The notes under the pieces are model-generated. The model was not told the DNA's origin and ran no database searches. It worked only from the letters and a program-made list of their open reading frames with translations. The position numbers were made by a program, and so were the translations under genes. Positions 47,802 through 57,390 of a stretch of DNA of 64,000 bases are shown here, one piece after another; position 1 is the first letter of the stretch; every line of letters begins with the position of its first letter. This DNA comes from Hyalangium minutum (GTDB lineage Bacteria; Myxococcota; Myxococcia; Myxococcales; Myxococcaceae), in assembly GCF_000737315.1 (NCBI RefSeq), contig NZ_JMCB01000006.1, positions 62,001-126,000 on the forward strand, in the 5' to 3' direction.

Positions 47802-50672
47802 ATGATTTCGCTTCGTCCCACCCTGCTCGCCCTGACCCTGCTGCTCGTGCCACCCCTGGCGCGGGCCAACAACACCGCAGACGAGGCGGATGTCGCCTTC
47901 GAGCTGGGCAACGAAGCCTATGCCAAGGGCAACTACAACGAGGCCCTCGGCTCCTACTTCGCCAGCTACCGGCTCGTCCCCAACCGCAACGTCCTCTTCA
48001 ACATCGCCCGCTGCTACGAGGCTCAGAACCGCTTCAACGAGGCCTACCGCTACTACAACGACTTGCTCAGCGAGGGCCTGCCGGACGACGACTCCGCCGA
48101 GGTGAAGCGCTCGCTGGAGCGGCTCCGTCCCAAGGTGGCGCTGATCCGCGTGGCCACCTCGCCCGAGGGCGCCGAGGTCTACATCGACCGCACGGACCTG
48201 GGCAGCCGCGGGCGCTCGCCTCAGACGCTGGCCCTGTCGCCGGGCCGCCACAAGGTCATGGTGAAGAAGGAGGGCTACCGTCCCGCCGAGGCCAACGTCG
48301 TGCTCACGCGCGGCCGCTCCGTGACGCAGAGCTTCGAGCTGCCCCTCATCACCGGCACCGTGGAGGTCTCCGGCACCCCCGAGGATGCCGAGGTCCGCAC
48401 CGCCCAGGACGGCCCTGTCGTCGCCACGGTGCCCGGCAAGCTCGTCCTCCCTCCCGGCCAGCACGTGCTCTACGTGCGCGCCCAGGGCCACGCGCCCGCG
48501 CAGCTCGTGGTCGAAGTGCCCGCCGATGGCACCGTGAAGGTGCCCGTGGCGCTCGGCAGCCAGGCCAAGCCCACGGGCCGCCTCGTCGTCACCGCCAACC
48601 GCGATAACGCCGCCGTGCGCGTGGACGGCAAGCCCGTAGGCTTCACCCCCACGGTGCTCACCCTCACCGAGGGAGACCACGTCCTCGAGGTGGAGAGCCT
48701 CGAGGTGCGCCCCCTGCGCCAGACGGTGACGGTGGTGGCGGATCAGGAGATCAAGGTCTTCGCCGAGCTGCGCTACTCCCCGCCTCCCGTGCGCGCCGCC
48801 TCCAAGGGCCTCACCTCCGTGGACGAGGCCCCCGCCTCCACCACCGTGCTCACCCAGGAGGAGCTGCGCGCCTTCGGCTGGCAGACGCTCGCCCAGGCCA
48901 TCGCGGGCGTGCGCGGCTTCTTCCTCTCGGACGACCGCACCTACAACTACATCGGCGTGCGCGGCTTCTCCCCGCCGGGAGACCTCAACACCCGCATCCT
49001 CATCCTCTGGGATGGGCATTCCATGAACGACGTGTGGGCCGGCCAGGGCTACGCGGGGCATGACCTCTCGGTGAATCTGGAGGAGGTGGAGCGCATCGAG
49101 GTGGTCCGCGGCCCGGGCAGCGCGCTCTACGGCACGGGCGCCTTCTTCGCCGTCATCAACGTGGTGCCGCGTGAGTCCCTGGGCGTGCAGAAGCACGTGG
49201 AGGTGACGGGCACGGTGGGAGCGCTGGGGACACTGGGAGTGAACGCCGCGGCGGCCTGGGAGGGCGGCCAGGACCGCTCCGTGCTGGTGTCCGCGGCGCT
49301 GGTGCACGCCACGGGCGCCGAGACGACGCTGCTGGACCCTACCACCCGGGTGGTGGGGCTCGACGGCGAGCGCGCCCTGAGCGGCTCCGTGTACGCGCGC
49401 CTCGGCCACCTCACCCTCATGGGCCGCCTCAACAGCCGCGTGAAGGCCATCCCCACCGGCCCCTTCGGCAGCGCCATTGGCGTGGAGGGCACCCAGTCGT
49501 TGGACACGCGCGGCTTCCTCGAGGCGCGCTATGAGCGGCCCCTGAGCGACACCCTCCAGCTCTCCCTGCGGGGCTCGTTCGACCTGAGCCGCTACCGCGG
49601 CGACCGGGCCTATGAAGTCAACGGCGGAGAGAGCTACAACCTGGAGAGCGAGGGCGGCCGCGCCGACTGGGTCTCCGCCGAAGCGCGCCTGCGCATGGCC
49701 GTGTTCGACGGCAACGCCCTCACCCTGGGCCTGGAGGGCCAGGGCCAGCTCCGGGTGGAGCAGGAGACGTACGGCCTGAACGGCGGCATCCCGCTGCCCA
49801 CCAAGACGCGCACGCTGCTGTCGCTCTACCTGATGGACGAGTGGCGCCTGCACCCGCGGCTGAGCCTGTCCGCGGGCCTGCGCGTGGACAAGTACCTGGA
49901 CCTGGACGCCATTCCCATCACCCCGCGCCTGGCCCTCATCGCCCGGCCCTACACCGCGGGCCTCACCAAGCTCGTCGCCGGCCGCGCCTTCCGCGCCCCC
50001 AACGTCTACGAGCTGTTCTACGAGGACAAGCTGGAGACGCAGCGGCCCGCCGAGGGGCTGGATCCGGAGACCATCACCACCTTCGAGGTGGAGCACTCGC
50101 ACGACCTGACGGACGAGCTGCGCCTCACCGTGGCGGGCTACCACAACCGCATCTCCAACCTGGTGACGCTGGCCACGGACGCACTGCCCCAGCCCCAGTG
50201 CGGCACCCCTACCGAACCCGCGCAGTGCTTCGTGTTCGCCAACAGCGCCACGGAGACGCTCGCGTGGGGCGCGGAGGCCGGCGTGCACTGGCAGCCCGGC
50301 CGCTTCCTGCTGGTGGACCTGAGCTACTCCTACGTCACCCTGCGCCACGTGCTCGACGAGGTCCGCGACGCCAAGCCCGCCCACATCGTCTCGGGCCGGA
50401 TGATGCTGCCGCTGGGCACGGGCGAGGTGCGGCTGGCCACGCAGGCCACCTACCAGAGCGCGCGCAACGGCGACTCGGACGGCACCAAGATTGGCGAGGC
50501 GCTGCTCATCGCGCTGGGCGTCTCGGGCGAGTACTCGCGCTTCCGCTACTTCGCGGGCGTGCAGAACCTGCTGGACGAGCAGTATGTGCTGCCGGTGAAC
50601 TCGGAGACCTCGGCGCGGCCCGTCCCCCAGTACGGCCGCACCTTCACCCTGCAGCTGACGGGCTCCTACTGA
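47802..50672 (+). CDS. TonB-dependent receptor with N-terminal TPR and PEGA domains
   Basis: Signal peptide ending PLARA; TPR (FELGNEAYAKGNYNEAL...LFNIARCYE); about three PEGA-like repeats; plug EAPASTTVLTQEELR...ERIEVVRGPGSALYG; barrel ending QNLLDEQY...GRTFTLQLTGSY. Confidence 0.9.
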   Translation: MISLRPTLLALTLLLVPPLARANNTADEADVAFELGNEAYAKGNYNEALGSYFASYRLVPNRNVLFNIARCYEAQNRFNEAYRYYNDLLSEGLPDDDSAEVKRSLERLRPKVALIRVATSPEGAEVYIDRTDLGSRGRSPQTLALSPGRHKVMVKKEGYRPAEANVVLTRGRSVTQSFELPLITGTVEVSGTPEDAEVRTAQDGPVVATVPGKLVLPPGQHVLYVRAQGHAPAQLVVEVPADGTVKVPVALGSQAKPTGRLVVTANRDNAAVRVDGKPVGFTPTVLTLTEGDHVLEVESLEVRPLRQTVTVVADQEIKVFAELRYSPPPVRAASKGLTSVDEAPASTTVLTQEELRAFGWQTLAQAIAGVRGFFLSDDRTYNYIGVRGFSPPGDLNTRILILWDGHSMNDVWAGQGYAGHDLSVNLEEVERIEVVRGPGSALYGTGAFFAVINVVPRESLGVQKHVEVTGTVGALGTLGVNAAAAWEGGQDRSVLVSAALVHATGAETTLLDPTTRVVGLDGERALSGSVYARLGHLTLMGRLNSRVKAIPTGPFGSAIGVEGTQSLDTRGFLEARYERPLSDTLQLSLRGSFDLSRYRGDRAYEVNGGESYNLESEGGRADWVSAEARLRMAVFDGNALTLGLEGQGQLRVEQETYGLNGGIPLPTKTRTLLSLYLMDEWRLHPRLSLSAGLRVDKYLDLDAIPITPRLALIARPYTAGLTKLVAGRAFRAPNVYELFYEDKLETQRPAEGLDPETITTFEVEHSHDLTDELRLTVAGYHNRISNLVTLATDALPQPQCGTPTEPAQCFVFANSATETLAWGAEAGVHWQPGRFLLVDLSYSYVTLRHVLDEVRDAKPAHIVSGRMMLPLGTGEVRLATQATYQSARNGDSDGTKIGEALLIALGVSGEYSRFRYFAGVQNLLDEQYVLPVNSETSARPVPQYGRTFTLQLTGSY

Positions 50673-51196
50673 TGAGTGTCTGGACAGAAGCGCGCTCGGC
50701 GGCTCGGGAACTGACGGACGCGGCCGTGCGCACGGCGTACCGCGGCGCGTACTCGCTGGCCATGGCGTACTGGTTCGTGCGCCGCCCCTCCACCGGTGGC
50801 GTCTTCGTGGGGGTGTGGCACGGCCGGCGCGTGCTGCTGCTGCAGAACTCCTACAAGCGCCTGTTCAGCATGCCCGGCGGCGGCGCCCACCCGGGCGAGT
50901 CCCACCTGGAGACGGGGCTGCGCGAGCTGCACGAGGAGGTGGGCCTCACCTTGAGCGCCTCCCAGCTCCGCACCGCCCTCGATGTCGTGCACTACGAGGA
51001 GTACAAGCGCGACCACGTCTACTTCCTGGAGGTGGACCTGGACACCGAGCCGGCGCTCACCATCGACCGCCGGGAGGTGGTCTGGGCCGCCTTCCTCGAC
51101 GTGGATGCCGCGCTCCAGCTCCCGGTGGCCTCTCCCATCCGCGACTACCTCACCGAGGCCGCGCGGCGCCGTGCCGCCCCCGCTCCCTCCTCATGA
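50672..51196 (+). CDS. NUDIX hydrolase
   Basis: Complete Nudix box GGAHPGESHLETGLRELHEEVGL; ATG overlaps the receptor TGA (TGATG). Confidence 0.9.
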   Translation: MSVWTEARSAARELTDAAVRTAYRGAYSLAMAYWFVRRPSTGGVFVGVWHGRRVLLLQNSYKRLFSMPGGGAHPGESHLETGLRELHEEVGLTLSASQLRTALDVVHYEEYKRDHVYFLEVDLDTEPALTIDRREVVWAAFLDVDAALQLPVASPIRDYLTEAARRRAAPAPSS

Positions 51197-51669
51197 CTCC
51201 CCCCGAGCTGCTCTTCATCCACCCCGAGCACCCGCTCTACCCGGAGGAGCTGGAGCTGCGCTTCCGCGTGCTGCGCGAGCCGCTGGGCCTGCCCCGCTCC
51301 GCCGTCACCTTCCCCTTCGAGGCCCAGAGCCTCCACCTCGTGGCGCGCCAGGGCAGCGCGGTGGTGGGCTGCGTCCTCTTCCACCCCGAGGACACCCACG
51401 GGGGCCGCCTCTTTCAGATGGCCGTCACCCCCACGCTCCAGGGACAGGGGCTGGGCGCGCGGCTCGTGGTGGCGCTGGAGGAGGAGCTGCGGCGGCGGGG
51501 CTTCACGCACGTGCACCTCCACGCCCGCTCCCAGGTGGTCCCCTTCTACGAGCGGCTCGGCTACGCGGTGTACGGCGAGCCCTTCGAGGAGCGGACCCTC
51601 CCTCACCGCCATATGCGCAAGACACTGGCGTCATCTATCCTTCCGGGCCCAAGGAGCCCGGAGGCATGA
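51193..51669 (+). CDS. GNAT N-acetyltransferase (ElaA/YjcF-like)
   Basis: ELRFRVL, QMAV...LQGQGLG, HVHLHAR...FYERLGY...HRHM; ATGA overlap. Confidence 0.88.
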   Translation: MTPPELLFIHPEHPLYPEELELRFRVLREPLGLPRSAVTFPFEAQSLHLVARQGSAVVGCVLFHPEDTHGGRLFQMAVTPTLQGQGLGARLVVALEEELRRRGFTHVHLHARSQVVPFYERLGYAVYGEPFEERTLPHRHMRKTLASSILPGPRSPEA

Positions 51670-52454
51670 CGGCAACCCCCGCACGGACACAGGCCCAGCG
51701 CGCCCAAGCGTTCTTCGAGCTGCACCAGCGCATCCAGCTCATCGACGATGAGAAGGCCCAGGACGCGCTGCTGGAGCAGCTGAAGCACCCCTCGCGGCCC
51801 TACATCGTCTCGTTCGTCAACGCCCACGCGGCGAACCTGGGCTGGAACACCCCGTCCATGCTGGAGAGCCTGCTGCGCTCGGACCTGCTGCTGCGCGACG
51901 GCATCGGCGTGAAGCTGGGGCTCAAGGCGTTCCGGCGTCCGCCCGGGCTGAACATGAACGGCACGGACTTCATCCCCAGGATTGCTCGGGCCTACAAAGG
52001 ACGCCGCGCCGCGCTGTTCGGGACGCAGTCCCCCTGGCTGGACACAGCGCGTCAGAAGCTGGAGGCCGAGGGCCTGGTGGTGGTGGCGTGCCATGAGGGC
52101 TTCTCGCCGCCAGAGACGTACCTGGAGCTGGCCGAGAAGACGCAGCCAGAGCTCATCATCCTGGCCATGGGCATGCCCAAGCAGGAGGACATCGCCGTGA
52201 AGCTGCGGGAGCGGCTGGCCCACCCAGTGCTCATCGTCAACGGGGGCGCCATCCTGGATTTCCTGGGAGGCAAGGTAACCCGGGCTCCGGAAGCCATGCG
52301 CAACATCGGCATGGAGTGGGTGTATCGCCTCTACTTGGAACCCAAGCGATTGGCCAAGCGCTACCTGTGGGGCATCCCCGTCTTCTTTTCGCACGTAGCA
52401 GTCACGCGCTTGGTCGGTCCCCGGACACCCGAGGGTGAGGGCAGGTCCTCGTGA
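51666..52454 (+). CDS. WecB/TagA/CpsF family glycosyltransferase (EpsA-like)
   Basis: VNAH, LLRDGIG, NGTDF, MGMPKQE, GGAILDF, MEWVYRLYLEPKRLAKRY. Confidence 0.92.
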   Translation: MTATPARTQAQRAQAFFELHQRIQLIDDEKAQDALLEQLKHPSRPYIVSFVNAHAANLGWNTPSMLESLLRSDLLLRDGIGVKLGLKAFRRPPGLNMNGTDFIPRIARAYKGRRAALFGTQSPWLDTARQKLEAEGLVVVACHEGFSPPETYLELAEKTQPELIILAMGMPKQEDIAVKLRERLAHPVLIVNGGAILDFLGGKVTRAPEAMRNIGMEWVYRLYLEPKRLAKRYLWGIPVFFSHVAVTRLVGPRTPEGEGRSS

Positions 52455-52500
52455 CCCCCCCTTGTCCCCAAACGGAAAGTGCGCGTTCCTAAGGCTCCCG

Positions 52501-53625
52501 ATGGACACTGTTCGCGCCCACCAGGACTTCCTGCGCACCCGAATCTTCCCCGGACTGGATGGGCTGCGTTGCGTGAGCATCCTGCTGGTGATGGCCCACC
52601 ACGTCTCTGGCCTGCACCACGGCTTCCTGGGCCGAGGCTACCTGGGCGTGTCGCTCTTCTTCGCCATCAGCGGGTTCCTCATCACCTCGCTGCTCTTGCG
52701 TGAGCGGGACGCGCACGGGTTCATCTCCCTGGGGCGCTTCTACGGCCGGCGCTCGCTGCGCATCTTCCCGCTCTACTATGCGGTGCTGAGCGTCTACGTG
52801 GTGCTGGTGCTCCTCTTCGAGAAAGGAGCGCAGGAGAAGGCGGACTTCTTCGCCAACCTTCCGGCCTTCCTCACGTACACCTCCAACTGGTTCGTGCCGC
52901 AGGAGCCGAACACCCGGATCATCTTCTACTTCGCCTGGTCCCTGGCCACCGAAGAGCAGTTCTACCTGCTGTGGCCCGGCGTCATGCGCGTGGCCCACCG
53001 GTGGGGCGCGGTGGCCTTCATGGCGGGGCTGCTCGCCATCTCGCTCTGGGCGCCCTGGGCCGTGGAGACGGGGCGACTGGATGGCACCCTGATGTCGGTG
53101 CGCATCCTCGCCAGCTTCGCCGCGCCCATCTGCATGGGGTGCCTGGCGGCCTATGCCGTGCACTCGCCCGTGGGCTTCGCGTGGGTGTACCGCGTGCTCG
53201 GCTACAAGTGGATGCCTCCCCTGCTGCTGGTGCTCACGCTGGCCGCCGTGGCGACGAACGGCGTGCCCTACGGCCTCACCTCGCTGGTGATGACGGCGCT
53301 GGTGGTGTCCGCCTGCCTGCGGACGGACCACCTGCTGATGCCCGCGCTCACGCTGGCGCCCATCCGCCACATCGGGGTGATCAGCTACGGCGTGTACCTG
53401 CTGCACATGATCTGCCTGAACCTGGTGCGCCGCGCGGTGCCCGGCCAGGGCTTCGCCGTCACCTTCCTGGTGACCCTGGGCGTGACGGTGGTGGCGGCCA
53501 CGCTGAGCTACCGCTACTTCGAGAGCTGGTTCCTGCGCCTCAAGGAGCGCCTGGCCGCCGGCCCTGCCCCGGCGAAGGCTTCCCCGGCGCCTTCGACGGC
53601 TCCAGCATCAAGTCCAATACCGTGA
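52501..53625 (+). CDS. Acyltransferase family 3 (OafA-like membrane O-acyltransferase)
   Basis: LDGLRCVSILLV..HH, GYLGVSLFFAISGFLIT, RRSLRIFPLYY, WSLATEEQFYLLWP, GVISYGVYLLH, SYRYFE. Confidence 0.92.
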   Translation: MDTVRAHQDFLRTRIFPGLDGLRCVSILLVMAHHVSGLHHGFLGRGYLGVSLFFAISGFLITSLLLRERDAHGFISLGRFYGRRSLRIFPLYYAVLSVYVVLVLLFEKGAQEKADFFANLPAFLTYTSNWFVPQEPNTRIIFYFAWSLATEEQFYLLWPGVMRVAHRWGAVAFMAGLLAISLWAPWAVETGRLDGTLMSVRILASFAAPICMGCLAAYAVHSPVGFAWVYRVLGYKWMPPLLLVLTLAAVATNGVPYGLTSLVMTALVVSACLRTDHLLMPALTLAPIRHIGVISYGVYLLHMICLNLVRRAVPGQGFAVTFLVTLGVTVVAATLSYRYFESWFLRLKERLAAGPAPAKASPAPSTAPASSPIP

Positions 53626-56290
53626 TGGAGTAGGGCGGAAGCTTCGCCCCCACCATGCCCGAGCCCATGGAGCTGGCCTGCTGCTCGGCAAAGCCGCTGG
53701 CCTCGCCCACGTAGGTCATCACCCGTGCGGCCTTCACTGCCCCACAGCCCTTGAGCTCCACCCGGGCGTCCCGCGCGGTGTCCGGCTCCACGTTGAGCGC
53801 GATGGCCACCACCCGCCGCCCATCCGCGCTGCGCGAGGCGAACAGTGAAGTGCCCTGCTCCGCCTTCGAGGGCACGTAGACATCCTGGAACCGCCCGCCC
53901 TCGCCGTCGAAGTTCCGGTAGGCCCGGAAGGCCCACCACGCGGGACTGCGCGGCGGCGGATAGGCGAAGTAGAAGGCCGCGGTGACGCCCCCCTCGGCGA
54001 AGCGGCCGAGCGCCTCGGCCTGCGCCAGCCCACCGCTCATGTGCTGCGCGGCGCCGAAGTTGTACTCGCCAATGGCGATGCCCCGGCCCGGGTAGTTCTC
54101 CTCCACCATCTTCTTCAGGCGGGGGATGAGCCGCACCGGCTCGCCGATCCAGGACTCGTCCTTGTAGTTCGCATCCCACAGGGCCCGCGTGGAGCGGATG
54201 CGCAGCGCCGCCGTCTCCGGGTCCGTCTTCTCGCCCTTGTCGGGCGAGACGCCGTCGGCCTGCGGGTAGAAGTGCACGTCCAACACGTCAAGGACGCGGG
54301 TGCCCGTCTTCTTCTCGTGCTCGCGCAGCTTCTTCAGGTACCAGGTCAGCAGGGGCACATTGCCGTGGGCCTTGCGGTCCGCATCCTTGTCCCTCCCCTC
54401 CGCCACGTCCGCCGCCGAGCGGAAGTAGGCCGTCCAGCCCCACTCGGCGGGCCCGGCGATGACAGCCTCCGGGTCCGCCTGCCGCACGGCCGTGCCGTAG
54501 GAGACGGTGCGCTCCATCAGCTCGTCATACGTGGTGGGCTCCGGGTGCACGTCCCGGTGCGTCGAGTTCCACAGCATGGGCTCGTTGTCGAGGAAGTACA
54601 TCTGCACGCTGCGCCCGCGCTCCACGTCCTTCTTGCGCATGGCGCGCACCCACTCGCCGATGAACTCGGGCGGCGCGGGCACGCTGGTGCGCGTGGGCAT
54701 GGGCGGCGCCAGCTCGCGGCCCGAGGACGTCCGGCCATTGCCCGCCTCGGGCACGTCCGGATCCATCTTCTCCTGAGGGCCGAACTTCGACGCCGGGAAG
54801 CTCACGGAGCTCGTGTCCTTGGCCACCCAGCCGATCATCGGCACCGTGAGCGCGGACTGGAGGCCATGCTCCCGGTTCGCCTTGAGGAACTCCTCATAGG
54901 TGAAGTCTGGCCGGTCTCCCGGCGACACGTTGCGGAAGAACCAGTCGTTGGCCGTGTTCCACGCGTTGATCTTCCAGTTGTAGCGGGTGGTGGGGTTGCC
55001 GCCCCAGCGGCGCACCGTGGCCCCCAGCTCGAACTGGTGCGTGCTCCGGCCCTCCTTCAGCGCATCGAAGGCAATGCCGTAGATCTGCGGGCTGATGGAC
55101 TGCCCAGGCCCTGTGCAGTCCACGGACAGGTTCGCCGGACGCGGAGGCCCCACGGCCACGCGCGCCATGCCCGCCGCCGGCATGCCCGTCTCCGCCGCCA
55201 TCATGCTGGTGAAGCCAATGCGATCCAGCTGCACCCACTCGGTGCCCACGCGCTTGTGCGCGCGCATGATGACGCGATCGAACGGGTTTCCCTTCGGGTT
55301 GAGCTCGCCCATGGGCAGGAGCACCTGCACCCAGTCTCCATCCCGGCCCGCCAGGTGCTGGGCACTCACGCGCACGCGGGGGAACACCGCCTTGTCCCCG
55401 TTATCCACCCGCACTTCGAGGAAGTCGCCGTAGTTGGAGGGCGCCTGGTACCGGAACGCCAGCCCACCGAAGCGGCCCTCCAGCGGCTGCTGGCGGCGCA
55501 GCGTCCACCCGCCCAGGTCCGCCATCATCACCTTCGCGGGCGACATGCTCTCCACCTGTCGCTCGCTCCAGCCCTCCGCCGTCCAGCCCGTCTTGAGGCC
55601 ATGGTCGAAGGCCATCTCGAGCAGCTGCATCGAGGCCTCCTGCGGGGCCTCCTCGGACAAGCTGACGCCCGGCAGTGTGAAGCCAATGCGATCCAGCTCC
55701 ACCCACCCCGTGTCCACGCGCTTGTGCGCCCGGACGATGAAGCGGTCGAACGGCTTGCGGTCTGGGTTCAGCTCCGCCATCGGGATGAGGAGCTGCGTCC
55801 ATTCCCCGTCCATCCCCATCATGTGGCGCGAGCTCACCTTCACGCGGGGGAACGTGGCCTCTTCACTGGAGTCCAGCCGCACCTCGAGGAACTCACCGAA
55901 GTCCGAAGGCGCCTTGTACCGGAACGCCAGTCCACCATAGCCGGGCTTGAGCGGGCTCGCGTGCCGCAGCGCCCAGCCTCCGAGCTCGGCCATCTTCACC
56001 TTCGCCGGGCCCTGGCCCTTCACCTCGCGATCGCCCCAGCCGGCGTCCACCCAGCCCGGCTTGAGGCCGCCCTGGTAGACCACCTCGGCCAGCGCCACCG
56101 AGACCCCCGTCTTCGCGGGCGCCATGGAGCCGCCGCTGGGACTCGGGGGCATCACGGCCTGTGTGCCGCCGTTCTCACACGCCGCCAGCAGCAGCACGCA
56201 CGCCGTCAGCAGGGCTTTCAGGTGAGGGCAGCTCTCGCCTCGGCTCCCCGTCAGGGCCGTTGCGCGGCGCCCTCCGGCCGCGTGTCTCAT
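53540..56290 (-). CDS. epsB: GH44 endoglycanase lipoprotein with two tandem N-terminal modules (EpsB-like)
   Basis: Lipobox LLLAAC; ISPQIYG, RRWGGNPTTRYNW, LDNEPMLWNSTHRDVHP, LDVHFYPQ, IAIGEYN. ATG 56290 overlaps the upstream stop. Symbol rests on synteny with M. xanthus eps. Confidence 0.85.
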   Translation of the reverse strand: MRHAAGGRRATALTGSRGESCPHLKALLTACVLLLAACENGGTQAVMPPSPSGGSMAPAKTGVSVALAEVVYQGGLKPGWVDAGWGDREVKGQGPAKVKMAELGGWALRHASPLKPGYGGLAFRYKAPSDFGEFLEVRLDSSEEATFPRVKVSSRHMMGMDGEWTQLLIPMAELNPDRKPFDRFIVRAHKRVDTGWVELDRIGFTLPGVSLSEEAPQEASMQLLEMAFDHGLKTGWTAEGWSERQVESMSPAKVMMADLGGWTLRRQQPLEGRFGGLAFRYQAPSNYGDFLEVRVDNGDKAVFPRVRVSAQHLAGRDGDWVQVLLPMGELNPKGNPFDRVIMRAHKRVGTEWVQLDRIGFTSMMAAETGMPAAGMARVAVGPPRPANLSVDCTGPGQSISPQIYGIAFDALKEGRSTHQFELGATVRRWGGNPTTRYNWKINAWNTANDWFFRNVSPGDRPDFTYEEFLKANREHGLQSALTVPMIGWVAKDTSSVSFPASKFGPQEKMDPDVPEAGNGRTSSGRELAPPMPTRTSVPAPPEFIGEWVRAMRKKDVERGRSVQMYFLDNEPMLWNSTHRDVHPEPTTYDELMERTVSYGTAVRQADPEAVIAGPAEWGWTAYFRSAADVAEGRDKDADRKAHGNVPLLTWYLKKLREHEKKTGTRVLDVLDVHFYPQADGVSPDKGEKTDPETAALRIRSTRALWDANYKDESWIGEPVRLIPRLKKMVEENYPGRGIAIGEYNFGAAQHMSGGLAQAEALGRFAEGGVTAAFYFAYPPPRSPAWWAFRAYRNFDGEGGRFQDVYVPSKAEQGTSLFASRSADGRRVVAIALNVEPDTARDARVELKGCGAVKAARVMTYVGEASGFAEQQASSMGSGMVGAKLPPYSITVLDLMLEPSKAPGKPSPGQGRRPGAP

Positions 56291-57390
56291 GACGCTCCGC
56301 TCGAGTCCTTTCCCGCGCCCTGCTGGGCCAAGAAGCCGCCACTCGCGGCCACCTCCCGATAACGCGAGATGCGCCGGGCCACTTCCCGCCACGAGCCCGC
56401 CTCCGCCCTCGCCCCGCGCAGGTACTCCATCGTGTAGGCCACCGACGTGCTCTTGAAGGCCACTTGGTTGAGCCCCAGCCGGTCTGCCAGCCGCGCCACG
56501 CCCATGAGCGCGTCCGTCACTGGCTTGGTCGGCCCCGGCAGCGCCACCGCCGTGGCCAGCAGCGGCCGAGCCAGCGCGTTCATCTCGAAGAGCATCCGCC
56601 ACGGGTCCACCTGCGGCACGTCCGAGTGCCGCTCGGACAGCCGCGAGTCCATGATGCCGTAGCGGTGCGCCCGCGCGAGCCACTTCTCGAAGCTGGTGTG
56701 GTCGGAGCCGTGCAGCACATACGAGTCGTTGCAGAAGCGCACTTGGCAGCCGGACTTCTCGAGGCGGATGCCCAGCTCGATGTCCTCGGACTGCTTCAGG
56801 TTCGGATCAAACCCGCCCACCGCCACGTAGTCCTCGCGGCGGAACGACACGTTGCCCGTGTAGAGGTTCCACCCGTGGGCGCCCTCCTCGTGCAGCCGCT
56901 TGGCCAGCCGGTCGTGCAGGTACGCGTACCAGCGCTCGAAGAGCGGCATGTCCAAGATGGCCGGATCCGGATCAATGCGGCCCAGCACCACGTTGCGCGA
57001 GCCGGGCGGGTGCTGCTCCAGATGCCGCTGGACGAAGTTCTCGGGCACCTGCATGTCGTCATCCGTGATGATGACCACCTCACCCTGGGCCGCGAGCACG
57101 CCCCGGTGCCGCGCCGCCGCGGCGCCGGCGTTCTTCTGCGTCTCCACGCGCAGCGAGTACGGCAGCTCCTGGGCGAGCTCCGCCAGGGGCCCTGCCGCAG
57201 GCTCCTTGGAGCCGTCATCCACGATGACGACTTCGTAGTCCGTGGGAGGAAGCGTCTGGGTCGCGAGCTGCTTGAGGAGCCGCGGCAGCAGGGTCAGCCG
57301 GTTGTACGTGGCCATGACCACGCTCACCCGAGGCTTTGGCCCTTCAGTCCGCGGCGGAGTCTCCGAGCCCGCCGAGGGCGAATCGCTCAC
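56287..57390 (-). CDS. GT2 glycosyltransferase (EpsD-like)
   Basis: VSVVMATYNR, IVDDGS, ITDDDM, SEDIELG; GTG start overlaps the upstream TGA. Confidence 0.9.
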   Translation of the reverse strand: MSDSPSAGSETPPRTEGPKPRVSVVMATYNRLTLLPRLLKQLATQTLPPTDYEVVIVDDGSKEPAAGPLAELAQELPYSLRVETQKNAGAAAARHRGVLAAQGEVVIITDDDMQVPENFVQRHLEQHPPGSRNVVLGRIDPDPAILDMPLFERWYAYLHDRLAKRLHEEGAHGWNLYTGNVSFRREDYVAVGGFDPNLKQSEDIELGIRLEKSGCQVRFCNDSYVLHGSDHTSFEKWLARAHRYGIMDSRLSERHSDVPQVDPWRMLFEMNALARPLLATAVALPGPTKPVTDALMGVARLADRLGLNQVAFKSTSVAYTMEYLRGARAEAGSWREVARRISRYREVAASGGFLAQQGAGKDSSGAS

